NCBI GenBank assembly: GCA_977016875.1
Contig: CDRNST010000056.1
Span: 6,324,001-6,388,000, forward strand
Reading direction: 5' to 3'
DNA from: Pavona decussata
Taxonomy: Eukaryota
Length of the DNA stretch: 64,000 nucleotides
Position numbers and translations under genes: made by a program
Shown here: one piece after another, positions 26,380 to 39,261 of the stretch
Position numbering within the stretch: the stretch's first letter is position 1
How the letters are laid out: each line of letters starts with the position of its first letter
The notes under the pieces: generated by a model
Database searches by the model: none
Seen by the model: only the letters and a program-made list of their open reading frames with translations
What the model was told of the DNA's origin: nothing

Positions 26380-29300
26380 GTGGAGTGTTGCCACGGGATT
26401 TACTGTGAAAACACGGTTATTAGAAATTCAAGATGGCAGAGGAGCTTTAGCTTCAGTTGCGAATTCACACCGAACTTTGTAAAGCAACTGTCGAGGATTG
26501 TGGTGAAACATTTGAAAATAAGCGACTCCGAAATGAAAGACAAAACAAAAATCTCGATTATCAATAAAATTGGAAATGTTATTGAAGAGCAATTAACTAG
26601 CATGGCCGAAGAGGAAAAGGTTGACTTTCTGCAATCTATCTCTGAGATTTTGATTGACTCTCCACTGCCTCTCGAGGGTGTTGATAAGGACATGAGTGAG
26701 TTACTCGTTCTAAAGAAAGAGCTTGAAGCACTTAAACTCATGCATGAGCAGATACCTAAGGAGGCTGGGGTCAAAGAAGCTACTACCAAGGTTGAACAAT
26801 CCCAAGCACAGGTTTATCCACTGTCAGGTTATGGCATGTCCTCCCTCTATTCTCTTGTTGACTCTACAAGTGTACTTAGAAGTCAGTTCAAGATAGTGGG
26901 TCAGATTGGAGACCCAGATCAAAAGGATAAGTTGAATTACAACTCATTGCGGAGACAAATTGATATAGGCGTTGAGCAAAAGTACAAAGACTATGAGATT
27001 GTGGATGGGGTTATTCGCGCCATCAGCCCAGGGCTTGTTTTAAGGAGCTATCTAGAGTCCTTTAAGACCTTGTCTCTTGACCGCCTCAAGAAAATCCTTC
27101 GTAGTCATTATGGGGTTTGGAAAACTACGGAACTGTGCCAAAGTTTAGCATCTATTTGCTAAAGTGGAAAAGAAACACCACAAGCATTCCTGATGAGGAC
27201 TCTTGACCTAAGGAAGAAGATACTCTTTGCAAGTCAAGAAGGAGAGGACTCTCTAAAGTATGACGCAGTGCACACCCAGCAACTCTTTCGTAGGACCGTG
27301 GAGACTGCACTTCGAGATGAGTGTATTAGAATTAAGCTTTCCCCTTACTTGGCCAACCCACTGATTGAAGATGAAGAACTTATTCACCAGCTGAATGTTG
27401 CAGTTTCATCTGAAGAGGAACGGGGCCGATAACAGAAGAACCAAACCAAAGTCAAGCCAGCTTATGTGTCACAGATTGGTAAAGAGGTAGAATCACCAGA
27501 GGTACCTACTGGTAAAGTCTCCACTGTGAAGAAGGATTCTAACCCACCAAACAAGATGAAAACAGAACTTCAAGAACTTAAGGTATCAGCCACCCTTCAG
27601 GACCGTCCACGTGCGGATCGCTGTAGCATTAGTTGTTTATATAAAAACAACTATAAACCATTTATTTTTTAAAAGCTTAATAATTCCAGATTATGGATTT
27701 GAACTAACAAAAACTATTTACTTAAATGTGTTTCGAAATTGGAACGCTTTGTGTAAAAGTACACGTCTCTATAAATCATGTTCCACTCCCGCCAGAAATA
27801 AATGGGGGAAAACAATTAACACTGCATTCGCTTCTCAACACGTTCCACTAGAAAACAGTGTCTCAAATTTTTGACAAGTGCGTTTGTTTCTCTTTTATTA
27901 GCAAATGAAGTTGGGGGAGGCAATAAGTCAACACTCCCTGTCGAAAAGAAGCTCTAGCTTTAAAATCAAAAGGAGTATTAAAATTCACAGATACAGTTTT
28001 GTAGAGGAGATATATGGCATCGCTCTGGCCAAATTTTAGCCAAATTGATTGAAAGGCTGCCGACTTGGAGTTCAAAACGTACGAGCCGATCGGCAAAATT
28101 TGCGTTCGGAGATAAAATAGAAAATACATTTTTGGCAGCATCCTACCTGGAATGAGATTATAACACCTAAATGTTTATTCTGATTGATATCAGAGAGGGA
28201 TCAATTTTCTCTAACAATAGGACTTTGACAGGTAACATGCAACAGGAACAAACTTTCGCTGCAAGCAGCGGGAAATAACTATTTTGCTTCCAGTCAGTTC
28301 AATTACACCGCGTGTGGACAAAAGACAAAATTTGAATTTGAAGGCCAAGAACTGAGGCCCGGTTTATCTCAAACGCTCTACTCTTCTCGGAAAAATTAAA
28401 AACAGAATTTGTCTTGTGCGACGGACAGCTTTTCATTCTCGCACTGGATTCTCCAGGTAGAACCAAGTCCATGCTTAGTCGCTACATTTTCCATGACTTG
28501 GACTCTTCCCTGGCAAAATCGACAAGATACAGACTCGTCCCGTTTCTAAAGGAGCTTTTCGCTCGATACGATAGTTCGACCGCTTACTGTTTTCCACGTT
28601 CCATCAGCAGATGGGGTCGATGAGCTTAATTGGCTTTCTTCTTCTGGCTCTTCAAGCTGAATTTTGGAGCGGCTTGCACTCCTCGAGCCACTTCTCTTGC
28701 CGATAAAATGAGCGTTTGTCGCTCTCTGCCAATTTCGCTCTCGGTTTTGATGAGGAAAACGGACACGATCTTTTCTTTTTTTTTTTTTTTTTGGCGGCAT
28801 TTTCATCGAAACAAACGCTAAATATCTAGGTAAAGGCTATAAACAACACGAAGACAATTCGCACATGTTGCGTCGAAGCACGCACTCAGTTCACGTTACT
28901 AGTTCACAGACACGTTAATTGATATATGACACGGGTATGAATGATCTTGTCAACGATCAATTAAGATAATTAACGAGAAAAAATCTTTTACCCCCGATAT
29001 CTTTCGACAGAAATAATATTTTCTTCTGATTTTTTTTAAAAGAAAGCTCTCAAGCATATCTATTTGAAAACGTTGAAACCTCAAACATGGCGCGAAGGGT
29101 GGCTGATACCTTAAAGCTGAAGTAGAAGCATTGAAGACTAAGGTTAAGAGTAGACCAGGAGCAAACACCCGACCAGGCCGACAGGAAAATATCAGCTGGA
29201 GTTATGGAAGGGGTTGGGGAAGACAACCATCCAAATGCCAGTCCTGTCTTGAGAAAGGAGAAGAACATTGTAATCATTGTTTTAAATGTGGGAGCAATGG

Positions 29301-29388
29301 CCACTATGCTATCGGTTGCCGCCAGGGCCAGTCACCCAGACAGAGATCGTTAAACGAGAGACGGCTACTTGTGCGGGACCAGAAGTAG
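26380..29388 (+). pseudogene. Gypsy gag (interrupted by the Kolobok insertion, several stops)
   Basis: Frame rejoins as ELQELK/AEVEALK when 27582-29114 is removed; CCHC knuckle at ~29278-29319. Confidence 0.85.
27582..29110 (-). mobile_element. Kolobok-type DNA transposon deletion derivative
   Basis: TIR GGTATCAGCCACCCTT / AAGGGTGGCTGATACC, TTAA duplication (27578-27581, 29111-29114), RR..YY termini; minus-strand relic MPPKKK...CRFC...GLGS.W.I.C at ~28330-28806. Confidence 0.85.
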
Positions 29389-31410
29389 CTGAGCCCCCAC
29401 ATGCGTCCCACCGATGTAATTGCTGCACCAAGATAGAAACACAAGTCCCTTTTCAACGCTGTTCCCAGTGCCAGGCAGTGTGGTATTACTCTAGAAAATG
29501 CCAGAAAGAACAGTGGCCTGACCGTAGCTACCGCAAGAAACCATGAGTCATGGCATTTGTTTACATTGTTATCATTTTATCAAGTTGTTATTTGTTTAAG
29601 AAAAGCGGGTAATTTATAAGGCAATCGGCTTATTTAAGTAACAGTTTTCCGTAAGTAACGTTTTTAGTCTTTTGTAGAACTATCTAGAAGTTTCTAGAAA
29701 GCGCGTAATTTAAATAGCGCGTGCTCTTGCCGATCACGACACGATCACAACAGGGCACCAGACAGCGCAAATTAAGTAAAAAGTCAAACTGTTTTAGTTT
29801 TTCCTCACAAGTCACAAGTCGTAAGCAAGTTCAACAAGTTTTAAGTTAACGTTTTAAGTGCAAGAAAGTGCAAGAAAGTTCAAGTAAAGTTCACCAAGCT
29901 ACAGTAGCAACTATCGTTCCAGTTATTCGAAGGCAGCATCAAGGTAAATATTTTCGCTGCTTTTGTTATTACGAGGTAATGTTTCAATTAGCATATGCGT
30001 ACTTCGCGACGCTTGTAACTTAAGTTTTGTTGCTTTGTATCGTTTTTTACTTTCATTTATATCAATGCAAGTCAATGTCACTGTACTTAGCGTTTTCATT
30101 TAGTTGCTTTCATCCAATTGCGTAAACTGTAATTTTTACCTTTTGTTTCGCGTAGCAATTTTTATTCATTTGAGTAATTTGTAAACATTTTAATCTTTAG
30201 TTCTCACGGTGTTGAGAGACAAGTTGAAGTCTATTAAAGGTCTGGAAACATCAGTACAAGAGACTGTGTTCTTTACAAATCGCTGGAGCGACACTGACCA
30301 TTAAAGATTTGCCAAGCAATTAAGGAACTATCAGAGAGAAAACCTAGGAACCACCGAAACAACATTTGTCAGCCACCTGTCACCCACACAGCATGCAAAA
30401 GTTGTCAATTTAATTGGAAGAAAATGTATTGTTAAGTGTTTGCTTAATGATAACAAAGTAACTGTCCTGTGGGACACTGGCACCCAGGTTTCGATAATGA
30501 CAAAAGGCATGCTAGAGGAAAAACTCCCAGGAACAGTGGTGAGGGATATACCAGAACTGATCAGTGTGGGACTTGACCTAACTGCAGGTAATAAAACCAA
30601 GATTCCTTTCCGTGGATGGGCAGATGTGAGGGTGCGTCTTCCTTCATGTGACGGGGAAGTGCAAGATGTGCATGTTCCGTTTCTGATTACAATTGATCGG
30701 TTAGAAATGCCAATATTGGGCAACAATGTTATTGAAGAATTGGTAAGATGTCTTCTCCGGAAGATGAGCCTACACCAGGATTCAACATTTTAAGTGTCTT
30801 CAAAGCAGGATTTGAAGATAGTGATGAGAAGCAGCTGGAAGCCTTGATTAACCTGATACAAGCCCCAACTGATGATTACATTTGCAGTAACCGAACATCA
30901 AAGAGAGACACTGCCATCCCGAAAGGTCAAGTCGTTAATGTGTCGTGCAGGGCCAACACTGGGCCTGTGTCAAGTAAGATGCCAGTACTGTTTGAACCTG
31001 ACGAAATGCCTCAGTGGCCGACCAGTCTCCAGATTTATGAAACGCTGAAGACTGTGAAGAAGGGTTCTGTGTCACACATTGAGATTGAAGTTCACAACAC
31101 AAGTCAACATGACATTGTACTGTCCAACCGCACCCCACTGGGAAGGTTGCAGTTAGTTAAATCTGTTACACCCATGGAAGTTCGATTAGCAAGGGAGAAG
31201 GGGCTGGAACCTCAGTGTAAAGATGACCCACGTACCACTACTGGAGTAGGAGATGAAGTACTTTGCCAGGAGTCAGATAATGTTGTGCCTGAAGTTGACA
31301 TGACTGGCCTGACGAGAGAACATGAGGAAGAAGTACGACGGATGTTAGAAGAAGAGGCTGCATCGTTTGCAAAGAATGATGATATAGGGTGCATGGAAGA
31401 TCTTCAAATG
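29350..31410 (+). pseudogene. Gypsy pol N-terminus: MYND zinc finger plus aspartic protease
   Basis: CNCC..x..CSQCQAVWY(Y)SRKCQKEQWPD|H..IC across the solo-LTR insertion; DTG protease motif in ORF 30440-30793. Confidence 0.8.
29523..30293 (+). mobile_element. Solo LTR (771 bp, BEL/Pao- or Gypsy-type)
   Basis: 5-bp TSD CTGAC (29518-29522, 30294-30298); ends (T>C)GTAGC...GCGACA; TATA-like and ATTAAA signals inside. Confidence 0.85.
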
Positions 31411-31933
31411 GACCAAGGAGGATTGGAACCCAATCCCACAATGCATCACTAATTTGGTGTATCACATGACAAATTCATTTCGCTATAGATTTTTTCGAGC
31501 TTGTGTCTCGCACAGCGGCGCTATTCTGCGGGAAAAAGCTCATTTACCTCCATTGCGTTGACCTTCGGGCACAGGAGTCGATCCAGTTGGATGATTTTCC
31601 GTGTATTAAAGCAAAGGTAGTTCTCGGACACTTCAGTTTTCCTCACAAGATCGCCGAGCGACGGATGTGTGCGTTTGTAAGCCGACGGAAAGTTTTGGAT
31701 CTCCTGAAAGATCCTCGGTCTTCTGTGCTCATCAAGGTTCTAAACAGTTGTGACATTAAGGTGAGTGTAATTTCGATTGTTTTCTTGCAAGTTAAGATTA
31801 CTATCGTACGGTTTAGGTAAAAGGCAATGTAGAATGATGATACAATTGTGAGTTTGAGTTAAAAATTCTTTCAATGAACTCATCTCTTTTCTATTTACAT
31901 GCAATTTATTTGTTCTCCTATTTTATTCCTTTT

Positions 31934-32546
31934 AAGTCAAATGGCCGAACATTAGCAGTGGTGGTAGACTTCCAGGTACTTCAAAATTCCTATCCTGTGG
32001 ACGAAGAGGATCCACTCCCCACTGGACCTTTCTTGGATATTCAAGTGTGTGACTGTAACTACTCACATTTTCACAGTACTGGAAACGTGTTGGTGATTGC
32101 AACAATGCCACGTACGACAACCTATTGGATACTGAATCAAGTGATGACCCCGAATTAGACGAAACTGCCAGTGGTGGTGATTTGAGGAAGGAAGTGTTTG
32201 ATAGTGATGATGACGGAAATGTAAGTAGCTTCAGGTCAAGAAGCATGCCATTGAACTCCGGGTTAACCCCAAGCAAACAAACATCCGGGATAAAAATGCA
32301 ATAATTGTCGAGGCGATTCTGGATTTGGATTGGTCCCGAATAGGTTACATTCCAAAAGAACATATAAGAAAAGTGACTGCAGCGTTAAAGGAAAATGAAA
32401 TAGACAAAGTGGAATTACAGTCTATTGGGTTTATGTTCATCCCGGATATAAATGACTGGTTATATCAACCTTGCATTTTAATTACTAAGTCACATCATTG
32501 GCTACCTACAGATGTCAACTATAAATACAATGACAATCTAGAGTGA
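31934..32546 (+). pseudogene. Spliced relic ending in a HIRAN-like domain, probably a transposon accessory gene
   Basis: NIRDKNAIIVEA...WSRIGYIPKE matches the HIRAN N.xD.NAI...IGY(I/V)P signature; acidic upstream exon ends at GTAAGT (32221). Confidence 0.5.
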
Positions 32547-33304
32547 CTTTGTAAAGTGTAGTGGTGTCTTCACTCGTAACAAACAAAGCACACAACATCA
32601 AATAACAGTTTGCTTACAGTGAATTACAATAATTACAATAATTATTGGAAGTCTTTCATAGCTCCTAAAATGCTTTCTTTAGTAAATACAAATCAATGTT
32701 TTAGCTTTTTTGTCAAAAGTTATCATTTAACGGATGGTATTGATTTCCATGCGTCGGGAAGATGATGATGCCATGCACAAATTTACTTAAGCATAATAAC
32801 TTTGCCACTCTAGGTACCGCTTGGCGAAAAATATTGAAACTCGGCTTACAGTGATCAAAGCACCACGTTTAGGATCTTTTTTGAAAGCTCTCAAAAGAAT
32901 CTTCGTTCACTGATATAAAGAACAGCTTAAAGCATTTTGCGAAGAACTCAAAACCATCAAACGTCTGCAGTGATTCCTTGGAGTTCCTATTGATAACAAG
33001 AACAAAGGAATACTCTTGCAACTTCGCGGCTCAAGGCTGCTTCAGGGTCTTCCTGCAAAGTTCTCACCTTTTTTCAACCGTGTAAAAAACAAACTAATTT
33101 GCATCATTCTTCGTGCCTGCCGAAGTGAATGCCCAAAGGAATAAAGAGAGCCTTCAGGCAACAAAATCCAGCAGAGTCACCCATTTCTCAATGACACACT
33201 TAAATCGGCGTGAAGTTGTAATGTGTTTCATAAAAATTTGGGCAACTTCCAAGACTATTTTGGGCAAATGGTTCACTGCCCCCCCCTGGCAAGAAATTGT
33301 CTGT

Positions 33305-33956
33305 ACGCCTATGACCAACAGTACCAAGATATACGGAAACATGGGATGTTGGTAAGGTACCCAGATACCTGCAGACAATACCTAACTCAGAAGATGTTTT
33401 GTTGAAGGATTTAACATTGAAAACTGTTATGTCAGTATCGCTAGTATCTGCTCAAGGAGGTCAAACAATTCACTACCTTAATCTTGATGACATGATTAGT
33501 TCAGAGACCTCCATTACGTTCATGTTGAAGAAGCCTATCAAGCAATCCAAACCAGGAGTTAAACCATTGGTAGTCAAGTCTAGTTTGTACCCTGTTGACC
33601 CTAGCATTTGTGTGGTCACTACTTTAAGGGCTTACTTAGCTTGCACCATAGATAAACGTGGTGATAATAAACTACTGTTTATTAGTTTCTTGAAGCCTTT
33701 TAAGCCAGTTTCCAGAAGTACCATCAGCAGGTGGATCAAGGCTGTTATGTGCAAGTCTGGTATAAATGTAGAACTGTTCAGACCTCATAGCACTAGGGCT
33801 GCCGCCACATCTAAAGCCAGTGAGAGTTCTATTCCTTTAGATGAGATTTTAGCTACAGCTGGATCGAGCTCATCCTCCACTTTTGCCAGGTTTTACCACA
33901 AACCTATTGGTGCCAACAACAGTTTTGCCACGAGCATTTTGCAGTCTGTAGATTAA
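33305..33956 (+). pseudogene. DIRS-type tyrosine recombinase, C-terminal part
   Basis: PRY..TWDV..V..YL, LTLKT, ICVV..L..YL, LFIS..KPFKPVSRSTISRWIK, FRPHSTRAAATS, TFARFY; catalytic R and W positions mutated. Confidence 0.92.
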
Positions 33957-34029
33957 GTTCTATTGTCTTATAAATATTGTTGTTACATGACATGGTCTCA
34001 TGTGTTATTTTTTCACATGTGTGCAGTGA

Positions 34030-34338
34030 ACTTTGAAGTCTCATGTGAGCCCTCAGTGCGGTGACGAAATAGAATTCAAAAATTAAACGAGACTTACCTG
34101 TAAGTTGAAGTTTGATTGGAATTCTATCTGTCACCAAACACTGAGGGATTACATGCACTCCAGTTAGGCCCACCCTTTTATCAGATAGGATGCTCTCCAC
34201 TGCACACATGGTAGGTGCTTTAAAGACTGAGTTCGCGCAGGCGAAATCCTATCTCGTGTAATCCCTCAGTGCTTGGTGACGGATAGAATTCCAATCAAAC
34301 TTCAACTTACAGGTAAGTCTCGTTTAATTTTTTGAATT
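34030..34338 (+). repeat. DIRS internal complementary region and right inverted terminal repeat
   Basis: ~80-bp near-perfect inverted arms 34073-34153 / 34257-34338 directly after the YR stop, ending in a T-run. Confidence 0.85.
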
Positions 34339-34339
34339 T

Positions 34340-35839
34340 TTTGTAATCTCCCCACTTCCTTAAGCATTCCTTAAAAAATTTATTTAGTGTCTTTGGCAGG
34401 AAATATACATCGTAGTTGCATTTAATTAGAAAGGGGCCACCGAAATCAGCAAGATAGCTATCAAGAAATATTTTCCAAGTGCTATTATGGCTGTCGAGAT
34501 ATTTCTTCATGCACATAAGTCTTTGAGTCCTAATGAGAGTTTCTATATGTGGCATTCGCAATCCACCATTCTTATAGTCGCTTATGAGGGTTAGTCACTA
34601 TATTTTATTTTTACCAGAATTCCAAATGAAGTTAAAAAGAACCGAGTTTACCTGCTTGACAATTTCTTTAGTTAGCGATATTAGTGAGGCGCAGAACATA
34701 AATTTAGGGATTGCGAAGGTCTTGATAATTTGAATTCTACCGATCAATGTTAAGTTTCTCCATCGCCATGCATTGATAGACTTTTAACTTACTTAATTTG
34801 TGTGTGCGTGAGTGTGTGTATGTGTGTGCGGTCAAAGTTAATTACCATAAGTCCATAATGTAATTCTAATATAAGATTAATTATTTTAAGTGAGGAAGCC
34901 TCACTTGTTATAAGCCTCGAGGTTTCTTTCAGGTTTTCTCGCCATTTGTTTTCTGTCATCAATTTTCTTCATTTTTTTCCCATCTGTAAACGTTGTGTAT
35001 ATGGCAAAATAAACATTGTATATTGTACTGTATTGTATTTTCAAAGTTTAGTTCCTGATACTTCTGCAAGTTGTACGTAAAATAAATGCCTAAAATTTTT
35101 TATTGGCTTGTTAAACTTATCAATTCCGATATCGTCTGGCGAATCGTGAAAGCTGTCGAGCCAATACTCCTCTGTTTTCTCTTCATTCAATTTCAAGCCA
35201 GAAATTTCACCAAATCTAAGAGGCCCTTCAGCGAGAAAAAGGACCTTGTATTGCTAACAAAAGTAGTCAGATCGTCAGCAAAGACACTAAGTTTTATCTC
35301 ATGTTTTCTAGCTTTGATTTCTTTGATGTCATTGTTTCCGCGGATAGATATATTGGCGACTTTAAGAGCAATAATGAACAGGTATGGTGACAAAGGATCT
35401 CCCTGTCTAAGTCCTCTTTTGACATCAAAAATATCAGACGTAAAACCATTGTTCATAATACAGCTTGAAATATCCGAGTAATGAACTTTGATCCAATAAA
35501 TAAAAGAATCTCCAAAATTGAAAGCTTTTAGTGTGTTAAACAGATATTTCCAGCGTAAAGAATCAAAGGCTTTTTTGAAGTCAAAAGTTGTCATTAGATC
35601 TGGAATATTGTGGAGTTTTGTGTAATCCATCACGTCATTGATTGATCTAACAGAATCAAAAAACGTATTTGCTTTTACATATGCACATTGGCTTTCATGT
35701 ATTATCTCTGGGAGGACGTTTTCGAGTCTAGTTGCTAAAGCTTTTGATCCAATTTTATAGTCTACGTCCAATAAAGATATCAGTCTACAGTTTTCCACAT
35801 ACCTTATATCTTTGTTTTCTTTTTCAATTAATCGAATAA
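34340..35839 (-). pseudogene. L1/Tx1 LINE ORF2 reverse transcriptase fragment
   Basis: R.ISLLDVDYKI, DFKKAFDS, GLRQGDPLSPYLF, FADDLT, W.WRNLTLIGRIQIIKT. Confidence 0.92.
34797..35040 (+). mobile_element. LINE (L2/CR1-type) 3' UTR fragment inserted in the Tx1 relic
   Basis: (GT)n, AATAAA and a (TATTG)n tail interrupting the RT frame. Confidence 0.6.
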
Positions 35840-36141
35840 CCCTTGCGAAACAAATTCCCAGAAAATTTGGAATTCCTAGGAATTCCTACTAATTCCAAAA
35901 GATGCAAATTAGGATAACTTCACAAGCTTGGACTTTTTGGGAATTTCTTGGAATAGTTTAAAATGATACTGAGAATTATTGTGAATTCTTAGGAATTACT
36001 AACAGTTCCAAGACATGCAAATTGGAATCAACTTACAAACTTGGAAGCTTTGAGAATATCTAGGAATGGCTAAAATACTAAATTGGAATTATTGGGAATT
36101 CCTAGGAATTCGAGAAAAAAAGTGGAAATGGCTGGCCAGGG
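35840..36141. mobile_element. EnSpm-type MITE with GGAATTCCTAGGAATT subterminal repeats
   Basis: CCCT...AGGG ends flanked by AA on both sides; dense palindromic repeats; lies at the junction of two unrelated relics. Confidence 0.6.
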
Positions 36142-36300
36142 AATGTCATCGTTTCCATAACTTATAGATTGCAATGTGTCATTCTCTGGACAAAGTACTT
36201 TCAATAAATCAATGACATCTTTTGCCGCTTCGGTAGTGATACAGTGTCTTGCAATTAATGAAAGAATAGCCATACATGCTTCCTCTTGGGCTGTGAATGG
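36142..36300 (-). pseudogene. EnSpm transposase N-terminal fragment
   Basis: AILSLIARHCIT.EA.KDVIDLLKVLCP.N..L.S. Confidence 0.55.
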
Positions 36301-36583
36301 TGTTCTTGTTCATGATCAGGTTAAGGCCTCCCAAAGCCAGGAAAAGTTCTGCCAGCCATTGCCAATCAATTTAAGGTATTCATTTTATTATAACGTATCC
36401 ATTACACATTTTACATAGTAAATTGTGTGAGCCCAGAAGTATCGAGGGAGCATGCAAGCATTCATCCCACTCGGACGTGTCGAATGAGCGAAGCAAAACC
36501 TGTCTCCATACTCCGTCATCCTTGGTAAATATCATCCTTCACATGTTAAAATCTGATGAAAAGCAAGCACCTGTTAAACTCCG

Positions 36584-37466
36584 ATGACAAGAAAACGACG
36601 CAAGAACAAACGAGGTGAGCGAGGCTCTTTAGAAGTGGAAGAGGAGCTCAGTGACGCCGAACAAAACAACATGGCCGCGAGCGAAGCAGGAGAGAATACG
36701 GACACCACAGAAAATTTGTCAACAGAACCTAGCTTAACTGAAATTAGAGAAGTGCTAGCGAACATTCAAACATCAATAGCAAATACCTTAAAGGAGAATA
36801 AGTTAGTTAAAAAGGAACTAATGGAATTGAAGGCTGCGTACCAGGAAGAAAAGCGCGAGTTAGAGTCTGTGAAAACCTTCCTGGAATCCACCAAGAAAGA
36901 GAACCTCTTGTTAAGAGAAGAGCTAAAGCATACTAAGAAGAAGCTAGCAGATTCGATAGAGGAGACTGACAGTTTAACTGAGGAACTCGACAATTTGGAA
37001 CAATACACAAGAAAGAACTCATGAGAAATTCACGGAGTACCAGAACAAGCATATACAACAACCGAAGAAGTGGTATTAAAGCTAGCAGAAGCACTGAATG
37101 TACACATTCTGTCAGATGACATCGAAATATCGCACACGTTAAACACTCAAAACAAATCCATCATTGTTAAATTTCTAAATCACCAGGTCAAAACTAAACT
37201 GGACAAAAGCAGAACAAAGTTGAGGCACATCAAAGCAGCAGCTTTATTTCCATCTAGAAATTACTCTTCTGCAGCTGGCTGCGAGCCACGTATTTTCATC
37301 AAACCGCACCGATCACCGCCGACGTATCATTAATAAGGCAAATAAAATGAGAAAAGATCAACTCATCCAGAGTACCTGGACTTTAGGCGGAAAAATTTTC
37401 CGTCAAGACAGCACCAGAAGGATCGCCGGTAAGAATTTTTTCGCTTGAAGACTTAGACAATCTTAA
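36584..37466 (+). pseudogene. L1/Tx1 LINE ORF1 (coiled coil plus RRM-like region)
   Basis: Heptad-rich ORF, LDNLEQYTRKNS.EIHGVPE, DIEISH.L, IIVKF, IFI.E motifs. Confidence 0.88.
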
Positions 37467-39261
37467 ATTGGAGTAACTGGGGAAGATTTTGCACTGAATG
37501 GCAGTGCAACTTGAGAGGAGCAAAAGATGCGCATTACATTTACTTGTTTTTATCTAAATTTGGTCCTTTTATGTGTGCCGTTATTTGGACTTGAAATCAC
37601 ATGTCTTAATTTTTTTGCTTACTCACTCAGAAAGCTCCACCATGACATCGATCTCTACATACATAGGTACAACAGTAAATAGGGATCTACTAATTTTTCC
37701 TTATAATTCAAAATTAACAACCAGACGCACACGCTTTAGTCCTAATTTTGTTTTTCTAACCTAATTATTCTATGTTGCATAAATTAAAATTGCTATCACT
37801 AAATGTGCGAGGATTACGTAATACAAGCAAACGAAGAGCAATTTTCTCTCATTTGAAAGCGCAAAAAGCTACCATCTCTTGTCTACAGGAAACGTACTCA
37901 TTGATTGGAGACGAAAAAGTCTGGTCTGCAGAATGGGGTAACAATCTATTTGTTTTCTCACGGCTCTGCGCACTCGAGAGGTGTTTGCATTTTGCAAAAT
38001 CCTTGCTCCACCTCGGTTCGATTATGCAGCATTTCGACGGACTCGGAAGAAAGGCTTATAATTGAAAAAGTCATAATAGATATTTAATATTTATGCTCCC
38101 ACAGATTATGGAGACCAAGATAATTTCATTAAAACAATAAGCAAACACCTAGAGTCGAAAACGGACACTTCAAAAGTCATCATTTCAGGCGATTGGAATA
38201 CCACTCTCAATTCAATTGACAAAAGCGGCAGCCAACCTTGGAAAGCCACAAATTATGGAATGCACTTGTTAGTCTTATGGAAGAAATAAACTTAATTGAT
38301 GTTTATCGACAATTGCACCCCACAACTAAATCTTTTACTTATGAGTCAAAGCCCTTAAAAGTGCGATCGAGAATAGACTTTTTTCTTATTTCTCGTCCTC
38401 TCTCTAATCATGTAAGGAAAACAGAAACCCATAAATCAATAGCACCTGACCACAAATCAATTTATCTGAATCTTGAGATCAAAAATGAATTTAAAAGAGA
38501 ACCTTGCTTGTGGAAGTTTAATAACACCCTACTGGAAGACAAAAATTACAAAGAATTCATCACTATTAAATACCCGCAAATTTTAGTAAAGTATTCTGAA
38601 GTAACCAAACAGCAACTGCTATGGGAACTAATAAAAATGGAACTACGCTCTGAAACTATTAAATATTCAAAAGATAACAGATTTAAATTAAGGAACAAAG
38701 AAGAATTATGATCTTCAAAGCAAATTACAAGAACTTGATCACAAGATTTGCAATGGCGGCGTCTTTGACCATCAATTATTAGAACAATATGAAGCCACTA
38801 AAGAAGAATTAAAAATAATACATGAAACAAGAGGAAAAGAAGCTATGTTTAGATCAAAGGTTAAATGGTTTGAGCAAGGAGAAAAGCCGACTAAGTACTT
38901 TTTTAATCTAGAAAAAACGAATTATGAGAAAAAACTGATTCGAGAAGTAAAATTGGAAAATAGCGAGACAGTGACAGATGAAGTGCAAGTCAGGAAAGAA
39001 ATTGAAGCGTTTGGTGATAAAAGCACCCAGGTGTCTAATTGCAACAATAAATTTGAAGACTTTATTGAAGGTCTTGATATCCCTCAATTAAGCAAAGAGG
39101 AACAAGAGCCTTTGGAAACAGAATTAACCCTCGAAGAATTGAAAGCTGCCTTAGCGTCCTTTGCGAACAATAAGTCTCCCGCGGAAGATGGATTCACAAA
39201 GGAATTTTACGAATTGTTTTTTTATCTCCTTCCTCTGGAGAGATCTACTTAATTCATATAA

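Larger units (their letters stand above)
25979..31410 (+). mobile_element. Gypsy/Ty3 LTR retrotransposon, 5' half (LTR ~25979-26152, PBS ~26157, gag, MYND, protease), truncated before RT
   Basis: TG...CA LTR candidate followed by TGGTGG PBS; gag FKIVGQIGDPDQKDKL; zinc knuckle CFKCGSNGHYAIGC; protease LWDTGTQVS...ILG. Confidence 0.88.
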
